This document shows, one piece after another, positions 1 to 15,384 of a stretch of DNA of 64,000 nucleotides. The notes under the pieces are model-generated. The model was not told the DNA's origin. It searched no databases and saw only the letters and a list, made by a program, of their open reading frames with translations. The stretch covers positions 80,228,001 to 80,292,000 of the forward strand of contig OZ024742.1 of NCBI GenBank assembly GCA_964016885.1, in the 5' to 3' direction. The position numbers and the translations under genes were made by a program. How positions within the stretch are numbered: position 1 is the stretch's first letter; every line of letters starts with the position of its first letter. Origin of the DNA: Eledone cirrhosa (lineage: Eukaryota).

Positions 1-2950
1 TAAGGCCGAGGTATTTGGTTACGTTTATGTATTTATCATTCCAAAAGCACAAACGTTTGCTATTGCCCTCAATATCGTCATTCAGGTTATTTATATCCCC
101 ATCTATTCATAATGGGTTAATTTCTCAATTTCCTTCATAGATATATTATCGTCTGTAGAGATAGATTCATCAATTAGAGGACACAATTTCTTTGTGGTTG
201 TTGACTATATTATCCAGTCGGTGGGCTTTGATATCCATGGCCGGGAATATTGACTTATCCCAGAGTACAGTTTCTTCGTTGTTCTCTGGCGCCTCTTCTG
301 GTGTTTGTTTGAGCCTTCCTTTTTCTGTAGTGTTAGTGTAATTTATAGTGCATGTATAAGCTATCTCTATCATGTCTGAGTATATATTCTTCTTTGACTA
401 AGCCTAGGTTGCCAGAAATAACGTGACTAATTTCTACCCCATCACCACACATTCTGCTTCATTACGTATATTTGTGGATTCTTTGTATGAATTCTTTGAT
501 ATTTTACTGCAATTAGAATCCTTCAGTTGCGGCTTTTATTTCAGTGTTTCGTAACCGGTTTTGAAATGTTTTTGTCCATGTCTTCCTTACTTAGTTGTTT
601 CGAGTATTGGCGATGTAGTCGTTTTACTTGCAGTCATTTTCTCTAGATTTCTGGTGATCTGTTTTGTCGCTGTCTTTTCTATGTTTTCCTCATAATGTTA
701 TGTCAATTAAGGTTCAATTCTACAATTCTAGTCTTCTTTGAATACAGAAAACGTTATCTTTGATTTTGTTGATGCTTCATGGCTGTTTGTATTAACTTAC
801 CAGTATCTTTCATTAGATATACGTGCAGGCCTAGGGTTGTTCTTTTATAAGCGTATTCTAGTTGCATAACGTTTCTTCCTCTCTGTAGTCGTGGTAGTTT
901 TAATGCTTCTACCTCAGGTTTGGATTGTGTATTTTAAATAAAGTCATTATATTATATTTCTAGTTCTTTTCTTTTTCTGTCTGCTCCTGCTAGATCCTTT
1001 AGTTTTTTCCAGTTTGGAATGTTAAAACTGTACATTATTCCTAGGAATGCTAGATTATTCATTCTTATTATCCTGCTGTTTGCATTCTTTATCCTTTTAA
1101 GTAGTCATGTAAATCGTATATAATATTCTGATCTAATAATTTCTTTCATTTGTGAATGCTGAATCCCATCACGTCCATTGGTTCCTAAGTATGTGTTTGT
1201 CTGTGTTTCACCTGAGTCTCTTATCTCACTATCTTTATATAGCGTAATATTAGAATTTTCAAGAACTTACCTCACATCTCGGCTGAATTTTATCTATATG
1301 TCTGCAGCATTACATCAACATCTGTCTCATTTGCTGTGTAGAACTTTAGATTGTCGATATATATGACATAATTCATTTTATTGCCGTAGCATTTACGCTC
1401 AAGACCTGGCCTGATAATATCTCGATTATTAGTGTCCAAGCTAGGCAGAAGATGAATGGTGAAAGTTCCCTTACTTAATTGGGATGGTTTCAGTATTTAT
1501 AAATCCATCACTCGTTTATATCTGCAAAATTGCTTGCCACCTAAGCAATGTTTGATGAATGTTTTATTGTAGGCGCTACTCTTTTATGTCTAGTGCGTTT
1601 AAATAACACCATCGAAAGCAGTCTATTAATTTATCCATTCCATGCTGATGTTTTCGGTGCAGGCTTCTGTTATGGCTTTCTTATTTAGTAATTGGTCTTT
1701 AAATTCCTTATGAACTTTTGTAACATTCTTTGAATTCTTCTGGAAAAATCTTGTTTTCAAATACTTGGGTAGTTTCACTGTGAAGGCCTCCTAGCTTTTA
1801 GGAAGGTAAGCTATGGATCTGTTCTTCGTGACATTGTTTAGGGGGGACCAGGGTGTTTTCCCAATCAGTGAGACAGTCGATAGTCATTTCTGTTTTTTTC
1901 ATCTAATAAAACGTCCTTGCGGGTATACCATGTGCCCTTGTTAAATATTTCGGTTAGAACTTCAAGGTTTTTAAAATATCAAGTTGTCTTCCTGTTCCTT
2001 GCTTCTTTCAGGGTGGGTGACCCTTCTCTTGTGAAGTATTCCCAATGTTATTCAAGGATGTATTTATTGTTCTTACTATTACTATACGTGGTTAATCCTT
2101 AGCAGGCTACAATCTCCCCAACGAATATTCAATTTCTTTTACTTTGGGGGATACATTTACTACCAATGTCCTTATAGTATGTTACTGGTGGTATTGTATT
2201 GGGTAAGAGTGAAATTGCTGTTTTTGTTATATATATAATAAAAAACTCTAGGCGTTTTTCATATCCCTGAATTCTTTGTTTAGCTGCTAGGATTTCTTCT
2301 TATAGTCATTCCTTTGTTCAGTAGTTTGCTTTTCTATTATATTAAATTCCTTTAACATTTTTTTTATTTTCTTACCTTTTCCTAATTGTGTTGTTTTCTT
2401 AAGGATTTTGTTTAAAATTCAGAGGTCTTTTCATTTATTCTCTATGTATTTTGTATCTGTGATTTTGATGTTTGTGTGATTTACCATTTTTCTCTGCGTA
2501 GATCTAAGACGAGACTCACTTCCTTTTGTAACAACTTTGGATGGCGCATATATTATGTAATACGATCTCGTCGGTTCAAATGAAGACGTTCATGAGTAGG
2601 CTATCGATTTTCGTAAATAATAATAATTATTTTGCTAGTGATTTCTACTTTGGGAAATGTATTCTTTCGTCCATAGGGAGATCTCTATTTTTGTTGTTCT
2701 TGGATTATCCTCATACTTATACTGTTGCTATCCCAAATTCAACATCAGGTTTGGTTTTTACCTCCATTTCCAACTCATTATTCCTTTCATTTTTTTTCTG
2801 GATATAATTTTGTCCAAACTGTTTATTGTTGTTCAATATTCTATACGTATTTTACTGCTGAGGATTCTCGTATGCTGCTTTTTACTGCATCTGTTCTGGA
2901 TATGTCGACTCTATCTTCATGGTTTAAATGTTAAATATTTTCCTTAATGT
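1..2950 (-). mobile_element. Heavily decayed R4/Dong-like non-LTR retrotransposon (RT + REL endonuclease), running off the left edge
   Basis: Minus-strand translation gives broken motifs colinear with the 58-62 kb family: DWKTPGP (~1850), WIN**TAFDGV (~1620), NYVIYIDNLKFYTANE (YMDD equivalent, ~1350), TYLGTNGRDGIQHSQMKEIIRSEYY (~1180), TVLWDKSIFPAMDIKAHRLD (ORF 170-373). Confidence 0.75.
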
Positions 2951-4397
2951 TTGTTTGATACTTTGACAACGTTATATTAGTGTTTTGTAGTGCATCTCTC
3001 TATTAGATGTTCTATTTAATTTTCTGATATTTTACTTTGTTTTTAATAATATCTTCTTTGGTTTACTATGCTGATGATACGCCCGAGCCTGTTATTGGGG
3101 TAGCGATATTTGATCACACATTTGATATCTTTGTAAATAATCTGTTGCAGAGTTGTTGAATTGAAAAATATACTTATAAAAAACACTATTTTCTTATGCT
3201 TGCCAAATATTGTTTGACAATCTGAAAACATTTTCTTTCTCTTATAAAACAAAGGTAATTACGATTCCTCAACATGCCAGTTGAAATGAATACATCGCCG
3301 TTTATTTTAGCTTATTTTTCGCACACGCAGTTTACCATATGACAATCCCATAAGGTTTCTCCTTACCACAAATATACTTTCTTATTTTTTTAAATTATTG
3401 ATATTTTTCCTTTTAATTTATTTATGTTTCTTACATCGATCTCTTTTCAGCATTTACAAACATAAACTCCAATGAATATTGAGCATATTTTCTACAATCT
3501 ACGAAATGACTACGCTCCATTCCCGATACATATAAAATATTTAGCCTTCAAAACTAACCATTTCATCCAGATCATAACTCAAGATAAATCTCTGCCTATA
3601 TATTATTAAGCACGCATTTTTTATGCGTTGAATAGCCGGCCGCCTTGATGGCATTGAAGTACCAGTCACAAGAGGCATATCTGATATATATATATATATG
3701 TATGTGCGCCCGTGTTTGTGTGTGTATGTATATACGTACATAGTTTCACCCCATCTATATATTTATTATTTATATATACAGAAACTTACAGAACAATGTA
3801 AATATGTTTCCGTATATAAAATATTTCTTTATCATATATTTATATCAAATTTCAGATATATACTGTTCGTTATAAAAATGCAATATCCTATAAGGGTTTT
3901 CCAAATATTTTTGACACGCTTAGTAAACCAAAAATAACTCGTAAGCTCTTTCTCTCTTTAAATTTGGTAATTGTATATCACATCTTATTTTCATTTGCAA
4001 ACTAATGCATATGATATTTTTTTCTTTAAAAGCAGATAAACATTTTTCTTTCGGGTTTTGTCAGTATTAGAGTATAATATGACATTAGAGATTATGCTGC
4101 GTTACTTTTTGCTAGAATATTCCCATTAGAATTGGCGTTTGACACCTCCCTTTGAGTCAAACTGTCCAATCCATTATGAATTTAAATCAGGACATGAAGC
4201 CTACAAAATCAAATCATGTCATTCGAAACTACCATATACAAATAAAACAACAACATATTATGGTTCAGAAGAAGAAAATGAGACTGATATAGTGGTAAGC
4301 TCTAAAGTATGGAATATTTTTAACGTTAATATTACACACACAGACACACACATACATACATACATATATATATATATAGGAAAAGTGCCAGGATCCT

Positions 4398-4515
4398 GAG
4401 CATCGGCCTAAGCTCAGCCGTCGGGGTCCTGACATTTTTCCCATTACCCACACTGCAACACTAAGTATTGAATACTCTAATGCGTTATTGTACACCTGGT
4501 ACCTTACCACAAACT
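4398..4515 (+). repeat. Dispersed ~120-200 bp repeat family A (pLTR-like), copy 1
   Basis: agctcagccgtcggggtcc...tactct(a/g)(a/g)tgcgttat...ttaccac recurs at 28755-28842, 33652-33802 and on the minus strand at 56851-56990. Every copy abuts (TA)n. Confidence 0.7.
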
Positions 4516-4631
4516 CTTTATTATATATATCCACCACCCCACTATCAAGCGTGAAACTAATACTAATATCATTTGTACTGCATCTCTGTTTTTTGTTCTC
4601 TGTTCATTTATTAAAGTATATATATATATAT

Positions 4632-5092
4632 TATTAGAAATGTAAGCTATCGCCGTATTTTGACTAAAGAAATTAAGGAAATTATTTAGCCTCATAGTGG
4701 GGTTAAGCACCCTCGGAGAAATGGAAAAAGGTGAGTATTGACGTACATGGGAGTCGAACCCACATCTTTGGTTATCCGGACCACTGTGCTACCATTTACA
4801 CCAACACATCACCCGTCTTTTCCCATTCAAATTAGAAGCTATACACTTAGCGTCTGTAATGTCAAGTAAGAATATTTTCGAAACAGCGAGTGGGTTTGAA
4901 TTTATTAGAAATGTAAGCTATCGCTGTATTTTGACTAAAGAAATTAAAGAAATTATTTTTTCCATTTCTCCGAGGGTTCTTAACCCCACTATCAGGCTAA
5001 ATCATTTCTTTAATCTCTTCAGTCAAAATACGGCGATAGCTTACATTTCTAATAATTTCAAACCCACTCGCTGTTTCGAAAATATTCTTACT
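4632..5092 (-). mobile_element. ~271-bp partial-tandem repeat unit with tRNA-like head and an inverted terminal copy, flanked by (TA)n
   Basis: attagaaatgtaagctatcgc occurs at 4633 and 4904. 4956-5092 is the reverse complement of the unit's junction region. Confidence 0.65.
4739..4810 (-). tRNA. tRNA-like sequence (SINE/retrozyme head or tRNA pseudogene)
   Basis: Minus strand GATGTGT-TGGTGTAAATGGTAGCAC...GTGGGTTCGACTCCCAT-GTACGTC-A has A and B boxes, a T-arm and a 7-bp acceptor stem with several G-U pairs. The anticodon loop is non-canonical. Confidence 0.6.
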
Positions 5093-5105
5093 ATATATAT
5101 ATATA

Positions 5106-5239
5106 TATTTATTAAAATAACAGATTGAAGATTATGCAAATAATCGCTGCTTTCGCCCTTACGGGAACTCCTGAAGATCCCTTTAAGGGTGAAAACAGCG
5201 ATGTTTTGCTTCAACTTTCATCTGTTATTTTAATAAATA
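5106..5239. repeat. Imperfect fold-back palindrome with a partial HHR core (CTGAAGA-stem-GAAA, 5171-5194) at its centre
   Basis: The arms tatttattaaaataacagat...cgctgctttcgccctt and aagggtgaaaacagcg...atctgttattttaataaata are complementary. A related copy lies at 38473-38538. Confidence 0.65.
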
Positions 5240-5339
5240 TTTACTCTACGGTTTTTATGTATATATATTATGCTTATCGAGCATAATATCGGATTTTAGT
5301 CTTCACATTTATTATCATTACTATATATATATATATATA

Positions 5340-5395
<56 letters not shown>

Positions 5396-5437
5396 GAGAT
5401 CCTACAGGAACTCAAAAAAATCAACACCAACCTATCT

Positions 5438-6181
5438 TTGCTGGTCGACAAACTTGACTCCACAAATAAGGAAACCGCCACCGGATACAAACCCTCCGAA
5501 ATCGGCGACAAACTCCAAAACCTTTGCGATACTATCCAAACTATGTTCACTACTACCAACCCAGGAAAAACCAACGAAGAACCATGTGATATTGATTCAT
5601 ACAAAATGAAAATTCGAACAATTCCAAAATGGAACAAATCCCTCAGAGACAGAAAGTTCTCATTGTGGAAGATGATACAAAATCACAACAAAGCAGAGAT
5701 ATATGAAAAATGGCTTCACTCAACCCCTCTAACTCTCCCCCGTAAACTACAAATAAAGTCCATTCCAAATGAACCCGAACCTCAAAGACACCTTAGGGAA
5801 AGAATGGCATTGGAAAAAATGAAGACAGAAATTGAACTTCTTAAACTGAGGGCCCAGACAAATGAGGAAAAAATCAAAACCATCGATGAAGAGATCCTCC
5901 TGGAAATCAACAACAAAACTGAAGGCCCCAAGGTAGAGAAGATCTCCAAATTATGGAAAGGGGACTGCAACAGAGAAGAACTGAAATCCCTTCAACGCTG
6001 GGAAAAAAGTGCCGCTTGGTTCCTAAACTATGAATCGACATTTCAAACGGATTACACCTCCAATAACCCGTTTATAAAAATAGGAAAACCCATAACCGAA
6101 CCGCACAACAACTTCTCAAACCCCCAAGCGAAGAAGGGAGCACCAACACCGAAGATGAACTTCCCAACCTCGCAACCATAA
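5438..6181 (+). CDS. Charged, probably coiled-coil ORF upstream of the Neptune-type RT (element-encoded, function unknown)
   Basis: 247-aa open frame, K/E/L-rich, same strand and A/C-rich composition as the downstream PLE RT. Confidence 0.55.
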   Translation: MLVDKLDSTNKETATGYKPSEIGDKLQNLCDTIQTMFTTTNPGKTNEEPCDIDSYKMKIRTIPKWNKSLRDRKFSLWKMIQNHNKAEIYEKWLHSTPLTLPRKLQIKSIPNEPEPQRHLRERMALEKMKTEIELLKLRAQTNEEKIKTIDEEILLEINNKTEGPKVEKISKLWKGDCNREELKSLQRWEKSAAWFLNYESTFQTDYTSNNPFIKIGKPITEPHNNFSNPQAKKGAPTPKMNFPTSQP

Positions 6182-6625
6182 GAACCCAAGACATCATCTC
6201 ACGCATAATGACATTTACAACTTCCCCCTTCAAGGAGACACCATAATAAAATCACTCAACTACTACGCGGATGCCTCATCGTCAAACATAGGGAAAATAT
6301 ACCACCACGATGATAGATGTAACAACTTCCCCGCTTCAAGGGGACAGCAAGGTAATTACCATTTTCTCAACTCTCGCTTCCACAATACACAACAACCCCA
6401 CACCACACGATACAACCAACAACGTAGGCCACTTATAACACCACAATACAACATGGCACATAGAAACACACACCCATACTCGCAGTACAGGAACACCCCA
6501 TTCAATCTACAACCACCAACCCGAACCACATTTTACAACAACAAGGAATATAACAAACACAGGAGACCACTTAACATCAGCAGACAACCCCTCTACCCCA
6601 ACCATTCTTTAGACACAGCACACAA

Positions 6626-8920
6626 ATGCAGGCAAACAAAATAACACAAGACAGGGAGGAGAAACCGATAGTAATAAGAATTATCAATCTTACTAGTGCA
6701 GAACCAACACCCAACCTTATCAACTTACTCTCCAAAGGTCTTAAATTCACACCGACCCCACTACGTCCTAACTACTATGAAATGAAGGAAGACATCACAG
6801 ACATCATAGAAAGTTACGACTTAGTGAACAACTATTCGACCAGTACAATGAGGATGAATCATTAGCCAGAAATAGAAGCAATTACACCCCTTCAAAAGGT
6901 AGAAATAAAATCCTGGAGGAATTCTGTGAACACATCACAAACTTCCCTTACCAACACTTGCACAGACAAAAACACAAACCAAACCTCAACTAGAAAGAAT
7001 GGGAAGAACTAAATAGATTAAAAACCGACAGAACCATTACAATTAAAGAGGCTGATAAAGGGAGTACAGTAGTCCTAATGGAGACAGAATTCTATATCAA
7101 CTTAGCGCTCTCCACTTTGGAAAACGAAACATACTACGAAAAGGCTGAACACTACAATCAACAGAAAATTATGAGAAACCTAAAAACTCTAATCAACCAA
7201 TACAAAGAATTCTCACTAACAAGGAATTCAGCTTCAACACAGACTTCACAAGTAAATCCAGCCTTTTCTACAGTATCCCTAAAGTACATAAAAGCGAATT
7301 AATAAGTAAGGCATGCAAGGAAGCCACAGACATAGTCATCGATGTCACCTCACCCAATGATCTCAAATTAAGACCTATAATAGCAGGCCCCGCTTGCGAA
7401 ACCCACCGCCTTAGCAACTTCATTGATACCCTTCTCAAACCCTTTCTCATACACATCAAAAGCTATATAAGGGACGACCTAGATATGCTCAATCACCTGC
7501 CTAATATGCCACTTTCTGAACAAACCCTACTAGTGACGTTCGATGTAGTCAACCTATACTCCAACATCCCCCACAACCTAGGAATAGAAGCTATCCAATT
7601 CTGGCTGGATAATTTCCACAATGAACTCCCACAACGCATCAAAAAAGAATTCGTGATAGAGGGACTCAAATTTATCTTGGAGACAATTACTTCGTTTTCA
7701 ATAACAAACCCTACAGGCAGAAATTGGGACCGCTATGGGAACGAAAACAGCCCCCACATATGCCAACCTAGTCATGGGATACCTTGAAATCACCCTCTAC
7801 ACTAAAGTCCTAAACAAATTTGGAAACACCCTCCACTTACACATTCAAAGGAACTGGAAGCGATATCTAGATGACTGCTTCATCCTTTGGCACGAAAACA
7901 TCGAAAAACTTAAAGAATTTCACACCCTTATAAATGGGCTCAACACGAATATTAACTTCACGATGGAATACAGCCATCAACAACTCCCCTTCCTCGACAT
8001 CCTCATTAAGATCCATAACAAAGAAATAGAAACGGACATATACTACAAGCCCAGAGACTCCAAGCAATATCTCCCTTTCAACTCTTGCCACCCTAGACAC
8101 GTTAAAATTAATATTCCCTACAACTTAGCCAAGAGAATCTGTACTATAGTCTCCAATAAAAACACCTGCTACTTACGGCTACAAGAACTAAAGGACACAC
8201 TCATAGGCAGGGACTACCCTATATCACTAATTGACAATGGAATCCAATGGGCCCTAAAACTCAGTACCCAGGACCTTAGACACCCTAAAGTAAATCAACC
8301 GAAATTAAAAGCTCTTCCATACATCTCCACACACAACCCTCTCAACAATGAGGCCTTTGACACCATACTCCAGAACATCCCTCTGTTGAAAAAGGACCAT
8401 AGAATGAACAAAATCCTACGAACACACGATATCATAAAGAGCAAAAGACAATCCAAGTCAATGAAAAACATCCTAACACATGCCAAAGTACTGCCAACCA
8501 CAACGACGAAACCCACAGTAAAAAAATGCGATAGACCCAACTGTGGCATTTGCATCAACCTAATAGAGGGTTCGGAATTCTATTTCAAAGAAGGACAACG
8601 TTTTATAGTAAAACACAATTTCACATGTGCATGGGAAAATCTAATATATGTATTAACTTGCTCAGGTTGTCGAGAACAATACATAGGCCAGACCAAAAAT
8701 AACCTCCGCCAACGCGTGACTGTCCATAGATCCCAAATTAAAATACGGGAATACAGGAAAATTCCACTAAGTGAACACATTGATACCTGTGCCGCCCAAA
8801 ATCATCCCAACTTCAGAATCTTTCCCCTCTACAAATTTAAAGATAATGCCACCCACACCCAGCACATCAGCAAGGAATCTTACTTCATTAACAAATACGG
8901 ACCCCGTCTAAACACAATGA
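6626..8920 (+). pseudogene. PLE reverse transcriptase + GIY-YIG endonuclease (frameshifts and stops)
   Basis: Split over ORFs 6626-6865, 7078-7302, 7485-7787 and 7735-9099. The YIYI tail of the last ORF is a (TA)n artefact. Confidence 0.9.
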
Positions 8921-8971
8921 CATACGTAAACACACATGCTCTATGGTGCAACACAAAAAAATATATGTGTA

Positions 8972-9013
<42 letters not shown>

Positions 9014-9014
9014 A

Positions 9015-9102
<88 letters not shown>

Positions 9103-9685
9103 ATATCATTTCACACCTTTTATTGTTAAGATGCTTGATGTTCTATTAAGAGAACGATTTTACTGAAAAAAATCGAATAATGTACACCATTTTACCAGGG
9201 GGATAAAAATACTGGTACCCCCCCCCCCACACACACACATATACACACACACACACATACACACGCGTACATTAACATACAAAGAGACTTATACACACAC
9301 ACACACTTCTCCGTATAAGACAAAAGCTGAAAAATATCTTTTGACCTGCTAAAATACCCCCCACTGCTTACAGACACATTCCTTCTGACTATCCCTGCTA
9401 CCACGAATTACTCTGCTATACACACACACACATACACACACACACACACTTATCTTAATAGCCATTTGACACACATCCCTGATAACCATTATCACAACAT
9501 CGAACACCTTACTACTACTACACACACACACACATATTTGTTGTGAAAGAGTCATTTCTCAGTCTTGGCGCAAAATCAATTTTTATTCACATGACCTCTA
9601 CCGACCAATCAAAGTTGTTTTGACCACAAGAATTTTTGCAAACAACAAGTAGCGCTGGAGCCACTTTTTTAACATAAAAACTGTC

Positions 9686-9803
9686 ATTTCCGATGAAATG
9701 ACAGTTGATAATAACATTGAAATATTGAATGTCTGCATAACTAATACTTTGTAGATAGCAGCTGTTTTCAGGTCATGTAACTGTTATAGAAACACGTGTC
9801 AAT
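9686..9803 (+). ncRNA. Decayed type-I hammerhead ribozyme in the PLE 3' pLTR
   Basis: CCGATGA (U4C change), helix II atgacagtt/aactgttat with a long loop, then GAAA-cacgtg-TC with a palindromic helix III. Helix I is weak. Confidence 0.55.
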
Positions 9804-9842
9804 AAATTCCTTTTAACTAAACTGTATCCATTAAAATCCTTC

Positions 9843-11625
<1,783 letters not shown>

Positions 11626-12911
11626 TCTATATTTGGAAAAAGGCAAAGAATGATTTCACTTGCACCAAAAAAGGGAAAGAAAAAAGGAAAAAAAAAAGAG
11701 AGAGATATCAAAACACCAGACAGAGAGAAAAAAATCGAGACAGAAAAAATATAGAGATAGAGAGAGGGGGAGTGAACGAAAACCTTAAGTCATGTCATAT
11801 TAAGTTAAGTTAACAATTGAGATGAAATGAATAAATAAAATTAGAAATATTAATATTCATGAATGGAATATACATATATAATATGAGAAATAAATCATTG
11901 TTTAACTATTATTAGATATTTAGTTTAAAAATTGGAATTTAAACATTAAGAAATCTATATATTGTTAGAGAAACTACATATCATATAACACGTACACACA
12001 CGCAGAAATACACATAAATATATATATACAAACACTCACAAAATACACACCATATCTACCCCCGTATATAATATATACATACAAAGCATAAACGATTTTT
12101 CTTATTTTTGTTATACATCCTTTGTGTTATTAAACAAAAAAAATTAATATATATATATAAATATATAAGATTAGCTGCCATGCATTTATGGCTGTTAGTT
12201 ATGTCTATCTGCAATCAAATTGTATGGATATACATGTACATGTACACACACAATTCTTACATATACATATATACACATGTGTGTGCATCTTCAGCCAATT
12301 GGTAGACACACGTCATGCATGCACACATACATACATATATCTTCATACAAATGCATATAACACATTCATATGTATGTTAATATACACATATACATACACG
12401 TATAGAGATAAGTATACATCAACATAGTACATAGTATAATTGAATACATAAAATACAAAAGGATTATATTTGGGAAATATAATTATATCAATATAACTTT
12501 AAGAATAAAACAATTTAAAATATTATAGAATATTTTAAGTTAAAATATGTTTAATAGATTTAGTATAGAAATTTATCTTACGTATATTTTACTCAAGATA
12601 TTGAAAGGATAAACTTTCGAAAGTTCTGAGAAGCTAACAGAATAAAAACAATCATAGTAAAAAATAAATAAAAATAAATAAAAGAATAAAAAATATCAAA
12701 AATATCAAAAATATCAAAAATAAGAAATAGGAAATATTCTCTTCTTTCAAGAGCTCTTGATATAGAATAGTTTATTATATTTATATTTATATTTAGGAAG
12801 AAAATTTATTTATACTTGAGTGTTTAATCAAAGAAAATGACAAAGATGAAGGAATCTAATGATTTATCGACAGGTTTCATATATTAACCAAATTAATTAA
12901 TTAATTATATA

Positions 12912-15140
12912 CTACATTTTAAATTTATATTTATATTTAAACGTTGAGTTCAATCTATGTCTGCAGCAACTGAATAAATTATTCCTTAAATTCAGGGAAT
13001 TTTTGGTCTTTAATATAAAGAATATTTCCTCTATACAAAGATCGTAATTTTCTGAAGATGAATTAAAAGGAGTAGCTTTTGAAATAATATTCCAAATCAG
13101 CGAATATTCAACATTTTCTCGTTTTAGGTCCCGTAATAGGCTAGATAGAGAAGTTGAAGATTTTTTGTTTGGATCTGTAAAAGAATTTTTATGATTATTG
13201 AAGCGGGATTTAAACTCTGTGGAGGTAGATCCGACATAATTAAATGAATTTAAATTAGTTTTTACATTACAATTATAAACTACATTTTTAGCTAAGCAAT
13301 TGTAATTTAACGGACAGTTGTATTTATTTCTACAGTTACAATTATTCGATTGAATATTGCTTGGGTTATTATTGGTATTTTGGTTAGGTTTTAAATTTCT
13401 ATTATTAATTCTATTAATATTTTGCGCTAAATTTTTGGTGGAAGAGTAAGTTAATTTTATAGTATGTCTATTAAACATAGAGTAATATCTATGTGTTCTA
13501 GGGAAGCATTTGTCAAGAGCTTTAAGAATAGTTTAGCAATAGGGGTTTTAATATTTAGTGAGAAAGGAGGAGCGAACCATAATATGTTCCTACTTCTATT
13601 TCTTTTTCGGCTTTCGGAATTATTGTAAGGTTTTCTATTATAGTTGATAAAATTGTTACCATAGGTACAATTGTTATTATTATGGGTAATTGTTATATTA
13701 TTATTATTATCGATGTATTTAATTTTATTTCTATACCCAGCTCTACCTAACGGTTCGTTGTAATAATGCGCTTTTTCATCAAATATATTCCTATTAGATG
13801 AAATTCTCGGAATTCGTTCTTGTACAGAGTTCACTATAGTATTTTTAACGGATCTGGGGGTGATTAGAGTTAAAATTGACATAATTTAAGTTCTCATTTA
13901 GTTTGTAAAATGAATAATGAAGACATGTGTTAAGATTTAGTGTTACATCTAGAAAATTGACTATTTTATTGTTATTCTCTATTTCTACTTTTAGATTAAG
14001 GTAATTAAAAAAATTGTATAATTTGTTTTCTTTTTCTATTTAGTTCATAGCTATTATTTTCTATAAGTAAAAGCATGTCGTCACGATATAAACCTCCGGT
14101 TACACCAGGTATTTTTCTATGTAGAGAATTAATTATAAATGGGCCCACAAGATCCGTTACCTGAGCTGAGTTTGAAGATCCCATAGTTATGTCGAAATTA
14201 TTATTTCTATCTGCCCTAGTCCAGAGTTGATTATTAAATTCTATTAATGTATTCCGTGCCGATAATATAATGTGCACCTCATTGCTAGTTATGTCTGTAT
14301 GTTTAAATGCGTAAGTTAGTGCCTTATTCAGTAGATTAGGAGTGATAGATGAGTAGTAGTTAGCAATATCCAACTGAATAAACTTATTATTATAGTTATA
14401 TTTAATTTCTTTAAACCAATCGATAACCTTACTAGTTCCTTTCCATAATTTTATGTAAGATAAATTAGGTAAATTCTTAATTTGTGGTATTATTCTGTCT
14501 AGAATATTTTTGCTAAGTCTGCCAAGGTCAGATTTAGATGGTGCAATTAATCTGACTGGTAAATCAGTTTCGAAGTTCCTTTTATGATCCTTCATATTAA
14601 TCTTAGGTTTCCTTGGCATGAAGGGTTGTGTCCTATTTTCAATGTCTAGTTCATGCATTATACAAGAGGCATCTGCATTCAGTTTTTCAAGGTCGTCTTT
14701 ATTTGCTACTTTGTATTTCTTCCTTAGTTCCTTTAATATAAGATCGTTATAAATGTCCTTTTGTATTCCGTAAAGATTATTGGTTTTGTCCGACTTGACT
14801 AGAATTTTCTCCGTTTTCTCCAAGTTTTCAATATTATTTTTAATATTTCTTAAGTAATCTTGGCCTTTGAAGTTGTTTTTGAATTTGATGCTTTGGATGA
14901 TATATATGATATCATTTTCGAAATCCATTAGTAGTTTGTTGGGGAGTGGATTTTTCTTAGATTTGAAGATTTTATCCAGATTTGAAACATTTTCATTTAG
15001 ATTAGATTTATCAAAGTGGAAAGCCCGCCACCTGATTCTTCTTATAAAATAGTCTAATTTTTCTATTAATTGTTTAATAAAATCTTCATTCCCAGGTAGA
15101 GGTATGTCTTTTAGAGAAGAAGAGATCTTAAAGAATTCTA
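12912..15140 (-). pseudogene. Naiad-like RT/GIY-YIG polyprotein with a few frameshifts
   Basis: ORFs 14005-14928, 13457-13882 and 12912-13478, plus bridging peptide IVNFLDVTLNL...SNHP at ~13860-13965. Confidence 0.85.
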
Positions 15141-15319
15141 TTTTTTAGTTATAATATAAAGCGCTCAACAATACAGGAGCAGAGTATATGCAAAAGTTCT
15201 ATTTAAATTGTTGGCATACAACAAACAAATATTTTTATAACTGATATAAAGCACTCGACAAGTATTTGGAGTAAATATACGATATTAACAAATGGAAACT
15301 ATATTTATAAAACCATATC

Positions 15320-15384
15320 TATTTTATTATACATATTTCAAGGATACCATGTTAAATTATGGTATGCTTTCATCAGACAAAATA
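15320..15384 (-). ncRNA. Type-I hammerhead ribozyme (5' pLTR of the Naiad-like PLE)
   Basis: tattttgt-CTGATGA-aagcatacca...tggtatcctt-GAAA-tatgta-TA-ataaaata: intact core and 8-bp helix I. Confidence 0.85.

Larger units (their letters stand above)
5391..9840 (+). mobile_element. Penelope-like element, Neptune-type, near full length and frameshifted
   Basis: LLSKGLKFTPTP, KEADKGSTVV, LRPIIAG, FDVVNLYSNIPH, GTAMGT..APTYANL, WKRYLDD, LPFLD, Cys-rich linker, GIY-YIG (NLIYVLTC..C..QYIGQT). The 3' UTR carries a decayed HHR. Bounded by (TA)n. Confidence 0.9.
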
